From: an uncultured Elusimicrobia bacterium
GTDB lineage: Bacteria; Elusimicrobiota; Elusimicrobia; F11
DNA: 58,815 bases
NCBI GenBank assembly: GCA_964499015.1
Contig: CAZCJA010000004.1
Coordinates: 1-58,815, forward strand
Reading direction: 5' to 3'
This document shows positions 28,805-38,226 of this stretch, piece after piece. The translations under genes and the position numbers were made by a program. The notes below the pieces were generated by a model. That model saw only the letters and a list, made by a program, of their open reading frames with translations. It did no database searches and had not been told where the DNA came from. Within the stretch, counting starts at the first letter, position 1. Each line of letters begins with the position of its first letter.

Positions 28805-31437
28805 TGCACGTCGAGGGGAAGGTCGGCGGCGGTTTGTTCAACGAGCGCTTTGGGCGCCGGCAGCGTCATCTCGGCGACCCGCGCGCCGCTATCGGCCGCG
28901 GGGCGGCTTGGCACGCCGACGTTGGCGTATTGAACAAGCGTCGCGTCCGCCGCGGCGAAGTCTCCGGTGTTGCGGTAGCAGAGAGAAAGGTTTTCACGGG
29001 CGTCGGTGGCCAGTTGGTGAGAGGCGTTCTGAGCTAGAAAGCGTTCAAAGAGTTTGGCCGAGTCGAGCAGGCGGTCCTGCTGGTAAACGGCCACGGCCTG
29101 GTGAAACAGAGCGTTCGCGCTGTTGGCATCGGCGTCACCGTTGGCGAGAAAATGACCGAGCGTTTTCTCGGCATCGAACCATGACTGTGCGAGGTAAAGG
29201 CTTTCGCCGCGATAGAAAAGCACGCTGCGCGATTGTTCGCCGATTGGAAGCGCGCTCAAAACGCCGCTGAACTGCGCGGCGGCCTCATTATATTTTCTCT
29301 CGTTATAAAGTTTCGCGCCTTCCTGCCATTTCAGGTCCGCAATGATTTCCGTCGGCGGCAGGCCTTTCATGGCGAGTTCGATCTCCTCCAGCGCCTTGCC
29401 GCTCTGCGCTTGAGCCGCCGCGAGGTACGGGGTCACCGTCACCATGTCTTCCGTGTCGCGGAATCTCTGCAGGTATGCCGCGTACAAGGGCGCCGCGGCT
29501 TTCATGTCGCCCGCATTGTAGAGAGCGTGCGCCGATTGGAGCATGGCTTCTTTCACACGCGGACTGTTTGGATAGGTTTCGATGTAGTGGGCGAACGTGG
29601 CCACCGCTTCGGCCGCTTTGCCCATTTCAAATTGCGTGCGGCCTGAACGGAACAGCCCGTCTTCGGCCAGCGGGCTTTGCGGATGCAGTGCGGCGAGCTT
29701 GGTCCATACCTCTATGGCGTCGGTGAAGTAATCCAAGCGGTGCAGCGCCAAGCCCTGTTGGAAAAGAGATTTATCGGAGGTGCCCGATTCGCGGTACGCG
29801 GCGATCGCCGGTTCGTACTGGCGGTTGTTGAAAAAAATGTGGCCGCGCTGCAGGTGCGCGAGCGCTTCCCATTCCTTGCGGCCGATATCTTTGGCCGACT
29901 TGGAAAATTCGGCGAGCAGGACCACGGCCTCGCTGGTTTTGTCCAACTGTGCGAGTGCCGCGGCACGTTCAAACTGTGCGTACGGCGTCAGCTCGTGGTC
30001 GGGCAGCGCGGCGGTGAGGAACGAATCGAAGTGGCGGTCTGCTTCGCGCGGGCGGCCCAAGCGCAGGGCGGCTTCGCCGAGCCAAAAAGCCGTGTCGGGC
30101 TGGGCGCGGCGGTTATCGTTCGACAAATTATTCCAGAGGTAGCCGGCGTGCGTGAGAGCTTCCTGGTAGCGGCCGAGGCGGACATAGGCGAGCGTCAGCC
30201 AGTGCGTGGCCTGCGCGGCCGGGATCGAATTAGGGAAACGGTCGGCGATGGTTTGGTAGGTGGCCATCGCGCCGGCGGTCTCGTCTTGTTTTTCCAGCGC
30301 GATGCCTTCCAGAAGAAGCAGGCGCGGAGTCACGTCGGCGTCATAAAAATTTTCGAGGCCTTTTTCGGCTTCGAAAAAGGCGCGCTGGTGTTTGTCGGAC
30401 AGAAGCGCGGCCCACGCGAGATGGTACTGCGATTCGGCGGACGCTTGCGGCGCGCGTTTATCGTCGAGCATGGCCAGCACTTCTTTGTGTTTGCCTGTTT
30501 TCACATAGCTCTCGGCCATCAGCACCGTCATGCGGCCGTCCAGTGTCCCGCGATTCTTGATGAGGGCCAGGCGCGCCAGCGCGTCGTCGTACTTCTTCTC
30601 AGCCATATCTATGGACGCGAGACGAAACACCAGGGAATCCGTGGTCGCGTTTTCCGGATGTGCTGCGAGCGCGGTTTCGCACACTTTGCGCGAGAGGGCG
30701 TGGTCGCCCAGTGAGAAATAAGTTTCGGCGATTTGGTAGTCGGCCAATTCGGTCCAGCGGCCGGTTGCCGATTTTTGTTTGATGCCCTGCCACGCGAGAA
30801 GCGCCTCCGCCGGTTTGTCCATCGCCCGCAGCGTTAGGCCCGTGAAATACTGGGAGCGGCTGTTGTCGGCATCGGCTTTGAAAAGAGGAAGGGCGGCGGC
30901 GTGGTCTTCATTTACGAACGCGGCCAACGCCAAGGGGAACGCGGCGCGGGGGAATTCACTTTCGGTGCCGACGATAGCCTTGAGTTCGGCGGCGCGGATT
31001 TTGGCTTGGGCGGCATCGTTCTTGCGCAAATCACAGAGCAGCAGGTTCGCCACCGCGTCGGCTTTGCGCGGGCTGTCGGTGGCCGCGATTTGAGCGAACA
31101 TTTCTTCGGCGGTTTTCAGGTCGCCGTTCTGGAAAGCGGTTTCGCCGCGGCGCAGGCGGATCTCGTCGCCCAAGGCCGGCGTGATCATTGGGTGTTGGGC
31201 GAGTTCGTTCCATGCTTTTTGCGCGAACGGGATTTGATTTTCAGACAAAATTTCGGCCCAGGTCATGAGCGTGGGCACGTCGGCGTCGGCGCTGGGATAG
31301 GATTTGGCTAGACCGCTGTAGCCCGCGGACGTTTCCACGAGCGCCTGCGGCTCCATTAACAACTGATAGCCCTTTTTAAGGGCCCAATCGTCCGTGGGGC
31401 TGAAGAGGAATGATAAGAAGGCGATCAGTGGATGCAT
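28801..31437 (-). CDS. large TPR-repeat protein (YbgF-like repeats)
   Basis: Numerous 34-aa TPR-like repeats along the whole length. I chose the ATG at 31437, which precedes the hydrophobic MHPLIAFLSFLF. The longest ORF would start at 31557. Confidence 0.7.
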   Translation of the reverse strand: MHPLIAFLSFLFSPTDDWALKKGYQLLMEPQALVETSAGYSGLAKSYPSADADVPTLMTWAEILSENQIPFAQKAWNELAQHPMITPALGDEIRLRRGETAFQNGDLKTAEEMFAQIAATDSPRKADAVANLLLCDLRKNDAAQAKIRAAELKAIVGTESEFPRAAFPLALAAFVNEDHAAALPLFKADADNSRSQYFTGLTLRAMDKPAEALLAWQGIKQKSATGRWTELADYQIAETYFSLGDHALSRKVCETALAAHPENATTDSLVFRLASIDMAEKKYDDALARLALIKNRGTLDGRMTVLMAESYVKTGKHKEVLAMLDDKRAPQASAESQYHLAWAALLSDKHQRAFFEAEKGLENFYDADVTPRLLLLEGIALEKQDETAGAMATYQTIADRFPNSIPAAQATHWLTLAYVRLGRYQEALTHAGYLWNNLSNDNRRAQPDTAFWLGEAALRLGRPREADRHFDSFLTAALPDHELTPYAQFERAAALAQLDKTSEAVVLLAEFSKSAKDIGRKEWEALAHLQRGHIFFNNRQYEPAIAAYRESGTSDKSLFQQGLALHRLDYFTDAIEVWTKLAALHPQSPLAEDGLFRSGRTQFEMGKAAEAVATFAHYIETYPNSPRVKEAMLQSAHALYNAGDMKAAAPLYAAYLQRFRDTEDMVTVTPYLAAAQAQSGKALEEIELAMKGLPPTEIIADLKWQEGAKLYNERKYNEAAAQFSGVLSALPIGEQSRSVLFYRGESLYLAQSWFDAEKTLGHFLANGDADANSANALFHQAVAVYQQDRLLDSAKLFERFLAQNASHQLATDARENLSLCYRNTGDFAAADATLVQYANVGVPSRPAADSGARVAEMTLPAPKALVEQTAADLPLDVQ

Positions 31438-31613
31438 ATAATGTCCTTGATGAAACGTGCTTGCCAAAAACAGCTTAGCCGCAGGATCCGTGTTTTGCCG
31501 CATGACTTTTGGCACAATAAATTGACTTTTAGGGCTTATCAAGCCAAATTGATCCATGGCAAAGCTGTGACAAGGCTATGGCACGGTTCAATTGTTGCAT
31601 GAGGGTTCCCGGA

Positions 31614-32642
31614 ATGAACTCAATAATGACCAAACAAGCGTTTATAACTCTCTTTTTGGCCGGATTCGTCTCCCTTGCTGAGGGAGCGTATGTGGCCAGC
31701 CGCGACTTTTTGTCCATTGGCCATGGGGCTCGTGCGAATGCCATGGGCGAGGCTTTTGTCGCGGTGGCGGATGATAACACGGCCATCTATTGGAATCCAG
31801 CGGGATTAACACAGCTGAAAGAAGACGAGCTTTCCCTCTCTTACTCCGACCGATTTGACGGACTCGCCAATGAAGCCCAGGTTCACTACGCGCGCCGCAC
31901 CCGCAAGGCGATGTGGGGCTTTGGCTACGCCGGTTCCTTTATAAGTGACATCGCCGTTACTCCGTCGTTAACGCAGGCGGATATCGACGCCATTGGCGCC
32001 GGTACCTTCGCGCCGAACGACCACGACCAGCGCAGCGTCTCCGACAACGCTTTTCTCTTTAGTTACGGCCGGCCGATGAGCGTCGATAGTCCACACTCGA
32101 TGGGCGCCACCGTGAAAATCATTTACCGCGATATTTTGGGCATGGTCAAAGGGTATGGTTCGGCGGTCGACGTCGGGTATCACTACGCGTCGCCGCGCAG
32201 CAACTGGCGCTTCGGCACCAATGTGCAGAACGCGGCGAGCATCACCAGTTTCGTCGGTGACATCGACAATTTGGGCGTGCGCGCGACCGCAACCGAGTCC
32301 TATTTACCGACGGCCAAGGTGGGCGTTGCCTATCAGCCGAACATGCGTCTATTAAGCGGAAAACTTTTGTTCGCGTTCGACGCGACGACGCTGTTTTCCT
32401 TTGACGTGGAAGATTACCGGGCGGGCATTGAATACGGCTTCGGCGACGTGGTGACGCTGCGCGCCGGGAAAATTTTCGGACGGCAGGATGATTCGGGCGA
32501 CGACTACACCCTCGGCATGGGCATCGGCATCAAAAGTTTAATTCTCGATTTTTCATTTCTCTCCAACGAGCTGGGAGAGACGACGCGGGCCACCTTGCGC
32601 TGGCGCTTGGGCGGCAATTATTACGAACCGCCGCGATATTAG
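31614..32642 (+). CDS. PorV/PorQ-like outer-membrane beta-barrel
   Basis: Signal-like MNSIMTKQAFITLFLAGFVSLAEG, then GARANAMGEAFVAVADDNTAIYWNPAGL, the same motif as in the 26528..27427 protein. Beta-barrel-like alternation. Start could be 31578, 31614 or 31626. Confidence 0.6.
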   Translation: MNSIMTKQAFITLFLAGFVSLAEGAYVASRDFLSIGHGARANAMGEAFVAVADDNTAIYWNPAGLTQLKEDELSLSYSDRFDGLANEAQVHYARRTRKAMWGFGYAGSFISDIAVTPSLTQADIDAIGAGTFAPNDHDQRSVSDNAFLFSYGRPMSVDSPHSMGATVKIIYRDILGMVKGYGSAVDVGYHYASPRSNWRFGTNVQNAASITSFVGDIDNLGVRATATESYLPTAKVGVAYQPNMRLLSGKLLFAFDATTLFSFDVEDYRAGIEYGFGDVVTLRAGKIFGRQDDSGDDYTLGMGIGIKSLILDFSFLSNELGETTRATLRWRLGGNYYEPPRY

Positions 32643-32688
32643 ATTTGACTTGGAAATTTTTCGTTCTTTGAATCATACTTGAGGACAC

Positions 32689-33420
32689 ATGAAACTCCTC
32701 AAAAAATCAACGTTATTTGTGTTTCTGGCGGCCGCGCCGTTTCGACTTTGGGCGGCCAACGGAATTTTGGATTACGACCGATTTATGCGAGACATTGAGC
32801 CGATCATAACGACGACGACGTTCAGCAGCCCCGGGCCGACGCAGATGTCGTGCTTCAGCTGCCACGGCATTTCCACGCACGCGGCGTACACGGCGTTCCC
32901 GCTCGTCTTGGGTCAATCGCGCGCCAATTTCACGGAAGCGGCCCGCCAGGTTTCCATTGAAGACCCCGACGTGAGCCTGTTGCTTTTGAAACCGTTGGCC
33001 TTGGCGGCGGGCGGCGTGCCGCACGGTCAGTTGGCCAATGATGGCGGCGAACAATTCTCGACGACGCAGAGCGCGCATTTCCGGGTGATCCAGCAGTGGA
33101 TAGTTGACGCCACCCGCGCCAGTGTGGGCGCGCGCGTCACGCGTTCGGCCGCGTACCCGAATCCGTTTCGCGCCGAAACGAAAATCGTTTACTTCCTCAC
33201 CACCGAAGCGATCGAAACCGAAGTCACTCTTTTCTCCATGGAAGGCCGCGTGCTGCGCCGCTATGACGGCACGACGCGTGTTGGCGCCAATTTCGTGACC
33301 TGGGACGGACGCGATGAGGAACTTGAACCGTTGCCGACCGGCGTATATGTTTACCAGGTCCGCGCCAAATTTGACGATGGGACGTTCGTGCATAAAGGAA
33401 GCTGCGTCTACACGCCGTAG
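32689..33420 (+). CDS. secreted CxxCH-module protein with T9SS type-A-like CTD
   Basis: Signal peptide, CFSCH (nt 32851-32865), later VIQQWIVDA. The C-terminal AYPNPFRAETKIVYFL...VTLFSMEGRVL...WDGRDE...GVYVYQV matches the Por secretion tail consensus. Confidence 0.7.
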   Translation: MKLLKKSTLFVFLAAAPFRLWAANGILDYDRFMRDIEPIITTTTFSSPGPTQMSCFSCHGISTHAAYTAFPLVLGQSRANFTEAARQVSIEDPDVSLLLLKPLALAAGGVPHGQLANDGGEQFSTTQSAHFRVIQQWIVDATRASVGARVTRSAAYPNPFRAETKIVYFLTTEAIETEVTLFSMEGRVLRRYDGTTRVGANFVTWDGRDEELEPLPTGVYVYQVRAKFDDGTFVHKGSCVYTP

Positions 33421-33428
33421 GAGAACGA

Positions 33429-36400
33429 ATGATCAAACGGTTTAACATCAAGACATGGTTCATGCCCGCTCTGGTGGTGGTGTTCATCGGCGGCCTTCTG
33501 GGCGTGCGCGGCAAGACCGAAAAGGTTGAAGCCTATCCGGGCAGTAATTTGCGGCGCATGGTCGATGAGACCTGCGGCGCCTGCCATAACAATATGCACG
33601 TGCGGGCTCCCGGCGACTACAGTTTGGATTCGGGCGCTCTGGCCAAAACGCCGGGCGTGCTCGCAACCTCGCTCGGCATTGCCGATCCCACCGCTTTCGC
33701 CGCCGGCAGCACCGATCCCTTGACCGCGCTCATTATTCAGAAACCGATGGACGGCTCCGTCATGCCGCACGGCGGCATAAAAATTTCTTCGACCACGGCG
33801 GTAATGCAGGCGCTCATTGATTGGGTGAATAACGGTGCGCCTGCGGTGGACATGAACCGCGCGGCCCAACCGGCGGTTGCCTATCGTGCCGGCGTTGGCG
33901 CGGGCGAACACGAGATTGTCTACAGCCGCCGCACTTATCGCCGCCAGGGTTTCAACAGTTTGACCAATTATATGGCCGGTGGCGATTTGTACCGGATGCG
34001 TTTTACCCATGACGTCAGCACGACAACTCCAAACCCAATTACTCCCGGACAGCACGTCAATTTAACCGGCGGCGTTTGCTCCGATGTTCAGAACCCGACC
34101 GTATCGCTGGATGGAACAATGGTGGCGTTTGCCTGCAAACAAGGCGGACAGCCGTGGCAGATTTGGGAAATCGGCATTGACGGTACCGGCGCGCGCGCCA
34201 TCACCTCGGGCCCGGGCAATAAAATTCAGCCGGTGTATTTGCCGTATCTTCCCGACGGCACCGAAGCGGGCGACGGTTCTGGCGGCGTCGCTTACTTAAG
34301 CGACGTGGTCGGCTTCCGTGACGAATACGACCAGGGGGCCACGCTTGCCTTGTTTGTTTGCGATACCAACGGCAATAACACGCGCCAAATCGATTTCAAT
34401 CCGAGCCACGGCCTTCACCCGACGCTGCATTCCAGCGGCATGCTGATCTTCACGCGCTGGCAGCACAACGAACACCAGGGCCATAACTTCATGCCGCTGC
34501 ATCAAATGTCTATTTCCGACTACGCGACGGCCGGCACCAATTTATTCGGCGCGTACGGCGAACACGGCAGTTTGGGCCCGAGCGGCACCAATTCTTTGCA
34601 CGAAAGCGCCGAAATGATCGATCCGGCGGACGCGGCACAGGCGGGCTACATGATTGCGCGCGGCAGCGGCCGTGATGACGACGGCGGATCCATCGTCGGC
34701 CCGTTCTTGCCGAAGCTGGTCGGCTCCGTGGCGGCGCCGCCGACCACGAACGTGATCATGCGCGGGGAAAACGTTAATCGCCGCGGTGAAATGGGAATGA
34801 TGGCGTATATGAGCTCCGTCACTTTTCGCGAGCCGACGTCGCTTTTGGAAGACCTTTTTGTCGTGAGCGTGGCGACGCTGACGCACGTGACGGAAGAATT
34901 CAACACGTTCACGATGACCACCGAAACCACGCGCCACTTCGGCCATTTCGCTTTGCAGACGTTTACGCTTTCCGCGTCGAGCCAGCAAGTGTTGACGCAG
35001 ACGCCGCTTTTGGAAGTCGCGGGCATGACCGTGGACGAAGCGGTCCCCGTTTTGGTGCGGCCGATGCCGCCCAAAATCGGCAAACCGGTCGACCTCACAA
35101 AATTTACGGGCACATTTACCAGCGGTAACGTCACCGACCGCCAAAACGACAACCAACCCCGCGGCTTTACTGTGGATGACGTCTCTGTCGTGCGCTTTAT
35201 CCGTTCACTCCAGCTTTCGCAAGGCCGAATCGATACGGGCAAGCGGCGCGGCATCTCCACTCAAATTGTGGGCGAAGCCACGATTTCCAGCGACGGCTCA
35301 TTCTCGGCGCTGGTGCCGGCGAATGTGCCGATGCAATTCCAATTGATTGATAAAAACGGCCGCGTGCTGGTGAACCATAAGCCGTGGATCCACGTCGCCC
35401 CGGGCGCGACCGAACGCTGCGTGGGCTGCCATGCGACGCACAATCAAGCGCCGGCCGTGCAAACGCTTGAGGCGCGCCAGTTGCCCTCTCAGAACATCGA
35501 GGCGCGCCGCGTTACGCAATTCCATTTCCATCAGGACATTCAGCCGATTTTGAACGAGAACTGCATTTCCTGTCATGACAGCGCCAACGTGCAGGGCGCC
35601 TCCGGCTACAACCCCAACCGCGCGGGCAGCCAGGCCATCAGCTTGGTCGGCCGCTTCACGCCGGCAAACGTGACCGAGTCGTATCAGACACTGACCGGCA
35701 TCTCGCGCGACCGCAGCAACAGCGCGCTTGTGCGCACGCAGAATTCGCGCGGCAGCCCACTGATGCACTGGCTCACAGGCTCTTTGTTGACGGCGACGCC
35801 GCCCACCCCGTTCCCGAACCCGGCGGCGTTGGTCGACCACTCGCAAATGCTGGACGAAGATGAGCTCGATAAGATTGCCCGCTGGATCGACACCGGCACC
35901 AATTTCCGCGTCGTCGAAGACAACACGGCGAACGCTTTGCAGGCGCTCAGCACCAGCACGTACGCCAACGTCATCTGGCCGATTATGGAGGGCCGCGGCT
36001 GCGCCACGTGTCATGGAGACGGCGGAGCGGGACAGAACGCGATGGATTTGTCGGAAGGAGACGCCGAAGACGAAGAAGAGGCGATGGAAATGCGCATGGA
36101 GGCGCTCGCCGAACAAATGAATTTCATGATTCCTGAGGCAAGCCCGCTGCTGCGCAAGCCGCTTGGCGAAGCCTTGGGCGGAGTGTCCCACGTCGGCGGC
36201 CAGATCTGGACCGGTGTTAACGACCCCGATTACCTTTCGATCTATCAATGGATCGCCACCAGCAATCCGCAGCTTAACCCCGCGGCTGCTCCGAACGTCA
36301 GCGACCTGACGAACGTGGAAAATTATCCGAATCCGTTCCGCGACACCACGCAGTTCGTGTATCGCTTAAACGGTGTGGTGGCGACCAAGGTGGACCTCGA

Positions 36401-36611
36401 AATTTATTCCGTTAACGGGAAGCTCGTGCGGGAGTTGAGCGGTTCCACGATGACCGGCGGAGCGACGATGGGCTGGAATTCAATACCCTGGGACGGCAAG
36501 GATAAAAACGGTAAAGTGGTTTCCAATGATGTTTATTTCTTCGTGCTTAAGGCCGAATTCGGTGACGGGGCCAAAAAGAAAATCCGCGGCAAATGCGTAA
36601 AAGTCAACTAA
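33429..36611 (+). CDS. 1060-aa secreted protein: four CxxCH modules + PD40/TolB-like beta-propeller region + T9SS type-A-like CTD
   Basis: CGACH (33573-33587), CVGCH (35418-35432), CISCH (35562-35576), CATCH (35999-36013). Each is followed 60-100 aa later by a xxWIxxG motif (LIDWVNNGAP, IARWIDTGT, IYQWIATS). PD40-like DGTMVAFACKQGGQPWQIWEIGIDGTGARAITSG. CTD NYPNPFRDTTQFVYRL...LEIYSVNGKLV...WDGKDKNG...DVYFFVL. Confidence 0.8.
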   Translation: MIKRFNIKTWFMPALVVVFIGGLLGVRGKTEKVEAYPGSNLRRMVDETCGACHNNMHVRAPGDYSLDSGALAKTPGVLATSLGIADPTAFAAGSTDPLTALIIQKPMDGSVMPHGGIKISSTTAVMQALIDWVNNGAPAVDMNRAAQPAVAYRAGVGAGEHEIVYSRRTYRRQGFNSLTNYMAGGDLYRMRFTHDVSTTTPNPITPGQHVNLTGGVCSDVQNPTVSLDGTMVAFACKQGGQPWQIWEIGIDGTGARAITSGPGNKIQPVYLPYLPDGTEAGDGSGGVAYLSDVVGFRDEYDQGATLALFVCDTNGNNTRQIDFNPSHGLHPTLHSSGMLIFTRWQHNEHQGHNFMPLHQMSISDYATAGTNLFGAYGEHGSLGPSGTNSLHESAEMIDPADAAQAGYMIARGSGRDDDGGSIVGPFLPKLVGSVAAPPTTNVIMRGENVNRRGEMGMMAYMSSVTFREPTSLLEDLFVVSVATLTHVTEEFNTFTMTTETTRHFGHFALQTFTLSASSQQVLTQTPLLEVAGMTVDEAVPVLVRPMPPKIGKPVDLTKFTGTFTSGNVTDRQNDNQPRGFTVDDVSVVRFIRSLQLSQGRIDTGKRRGISTQIVGEATISSDGSFSALVPANVPMQFQLIDKNGRVLVNHKPWIHVAPGATERCVGCHATHNQAPAVQTLEARQLPSQNIEARRVTQFHFHQDIQPILNENCISCHDSANVQGASGYNPNRAGSQAISLVGRFTPANVTESYQTLTGISRDRSNSALVRTQNSRGSPLMHWLTGSLLTATPPTPFPNPAALVDHSQMLDEDELDKIARWIDTGTNFRVVEDNTANALQALSTSTYANVIWPIMEGRGCATCHGDGGAGQNAMDLSEGDAEDEEEAMEMRMEALAEQMNFMIPEASPLLRKPLGEALGGVSHVGGQIWTGVNDPDYLSIYQWIATSNPQLNPAAAPNVSDLTNVENYPNPFRDTTQFVYRLNGVVATKVDLEIYSVNGKLVRELSGSTMTGGATMGWNSIPWDGKDKNGKVVSNDVYFFVLKAEFGDGAKKKIRGKCVKVN

Positions 36612-37036
36612 TCGCAATCGCGGCCCTCTTCCTTTTTTCCTGCACCAAAGAAAAACGAAGCGCAATCTCGAACAACTCCATTACCAACCCACCCGGCGCC
36701 GCTAACTTCACGAGTTTGCAGACGGACATTTTCGCGCTGAGCTGCGCGGTTTCCGGCTGCCACGATAACCGCGCCACGCCCGCCGGCAATTTAAATTTGT
36801 CCAGCGTCGATAAAAGCCACGCGGCGATTGTCAATATCGCCAGCGTTCAGGTGCCCTCGAAAGCGTTGGTTGTGCCCAACGATCCGGCCAATAGCTACTT
36901 CTTGGCGAAATTAGACGGGACGTATTCGGCTCTGGGGGGGAACGGCGTTCGCATGCCGCAGTTTGCGGCGGCGCTGTCTCAGGAAGATTTGGACCGGATT
37001 ATCACGTGGATTAACAACGGCGCGCCGAAGGATTAA
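36593..37036 (+). CDS. small lipoprotein consisting of one Cx4CH...WIxxGAP module
   Basis: Lipobox LFLFSC. SCAVSGCH (36743-36763)...LVVPNDPANSYFLAKL...RMP...LSQEDLDRIITWINNGAPKD is collinear with Planctomycete-type cytochrome-c-like (PSCyt1-like) domains. Overlaps the end of the upstream gene by 19 nt. Confidence 0.7.
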   Translation: MRKSQLIAIAALFLFSCTKEKRSAISNNSITNPPGAANFTSLQTDIFALSCAVSGCHDNRATPAGNLNLSSVDKSHAAIVNIASVQVPSKALVVPNDPANSYFLAKLDGTYSALGGNGVRMPQFAAALSQEDLDRIITWINNGAPKD

Positions 37037-37040
37037 GACG

Positions 37041-38138
37041 CTAAAAGAAGAAGTGGGTTTGTATGGCTACGTCGTCGTTGGAACGTTCCGTTGGTTGTTC
37101 GCGATTGTTACGGTAAAACGCCTCAATATTCAAATGATCGGCCGGCGACACCTGCAGGCTGGCCACCCACCGCTCCAATAAATCCGCCGACAGCGAACGA
37201 TTGGGATCCAGACGCTCGTAGCGAATTTTGGCGTAGCTTCGCCATTTTTTGACGGGCGTTTGAAAATTGTACACGAGTTCGGCGTACGACGCGGAGCTTT
37301 GCGTCGAGCCTGTCACCGTGAATTGTTCGTCCTCGCCCTCGTCGTGTTCAAATAATAACGCGAACGGCCCCGCTCTCAGCCAGCCGAATCCGCCGTAGCG
37401 CAAAATCCGCCGGTCTTCCACTTCGTTGTCGTTGGTGTACATCGATCCGCCGAGGCTGGCGTGTTTGGTGATGAAGCCCGCGCGGCGCGTCACCGCGCGT
37501 TTGTTGCCGCCCTGGCTGTTCGGCAGGGAGCGCGATTCTTGTCCGATCACACCGGCCGTCATGGCAATGTTCACGAACCAGGGGCGGCCGTTGTAGCCGG
37601 CTTCGATGCCCGAATCTTTGTAGCGCACGCCGAAAAGCTTGGCGCCAATGCCGCGTTCTTCGAAATTGCGGGAGCTCGTTTCCACGCGGCCTTCCTTAAT
37701 GAACGATGTGTGGTCGGCAAACAGGAGGCCGTAAGGAAGAGTGAAGAAGCCGGCGCGGACGTACAGGCTCTGATTGACGTTGTGCAGCATCGCCCACATC
37801 TCGCGCAGCGTGCCGAAATCCTGGCTGGCCGAAATGGTGAGCGTGTCTTTAAGGAGATAGCCGAAATGGAGCGCGCCTTCCATGGGGAAAAGCACCACGC
37901 GGTCGTCGGCCGGGTCGCGCGCGTCATAGAGGAACATGAAGCGCAGGTCGCCGCTCATGAAGAACTTATCGGTGATGTAGCCGGGGTCCATCTGGCTGGT
38001 CGGCTTGCGGCCAAAACCGCCCATCGGGCCGACGTGACAGGCCATACAATTCGAACCGCTGAACGCGGAATATTCGGGATAGGCAAAAAGAGGGGAAGCG
38101 CAGGTGAAAAATAAAATCGCGGCGATTAGGTGTCTCAC
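37041..38138 (-). CDS. outer-membrane beta-barrel protein with N-terminal CxxCH motif
   Basis: Signal peptide MRHLIAAILFFTCASPLFA. CMACH at aa ~31-35 (nt ~38034-38048). Alternating-strand pattern with a C-terminal ...AIQTHFFF aromatic terminus typical of OMPs. Confidence 0.7.
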   Translation of the reverse strand: MRHLIAAILFFTCASPLFAYPEYSAFSGSNCMACHVGPMGGFGRKPTSQMDPGYITDKFFMSGDLRFMFLYDARDPADDRVVLFPMEGALHFGYLLKDTLTISASQDFGTLREMWAMLHNVNQSLYVRAGFFTLPYGLLFADHTSFIKEGRVETSSRNFEERGIGAKLFGVRYKDSGIEAGYNGRPWFVNIAMTAGVIGQESRSLPNSQGGNKRAVTRRAGFITKHASLGGSMYTNDNEVEDRRILRYGGFGWLRAGPFALLFEHDEGEDEQFTVTGSTQSSASYAELVYNFQTPVKKWRSYAKIRYERLDPNRSLSADLLERWVASLQVSPADHLNIEAFYRNNREQPTERSNDDVAIQTHFFF

Positions 38139-38226
38139 GGCTGGTGAGTATAAACGAAGTGAACGCGCCCAAGCAAGAAGTGCGTTGCGTTAATGTAGGG
38201 GCTTGAATTTTCCTCGATATGGGGTC

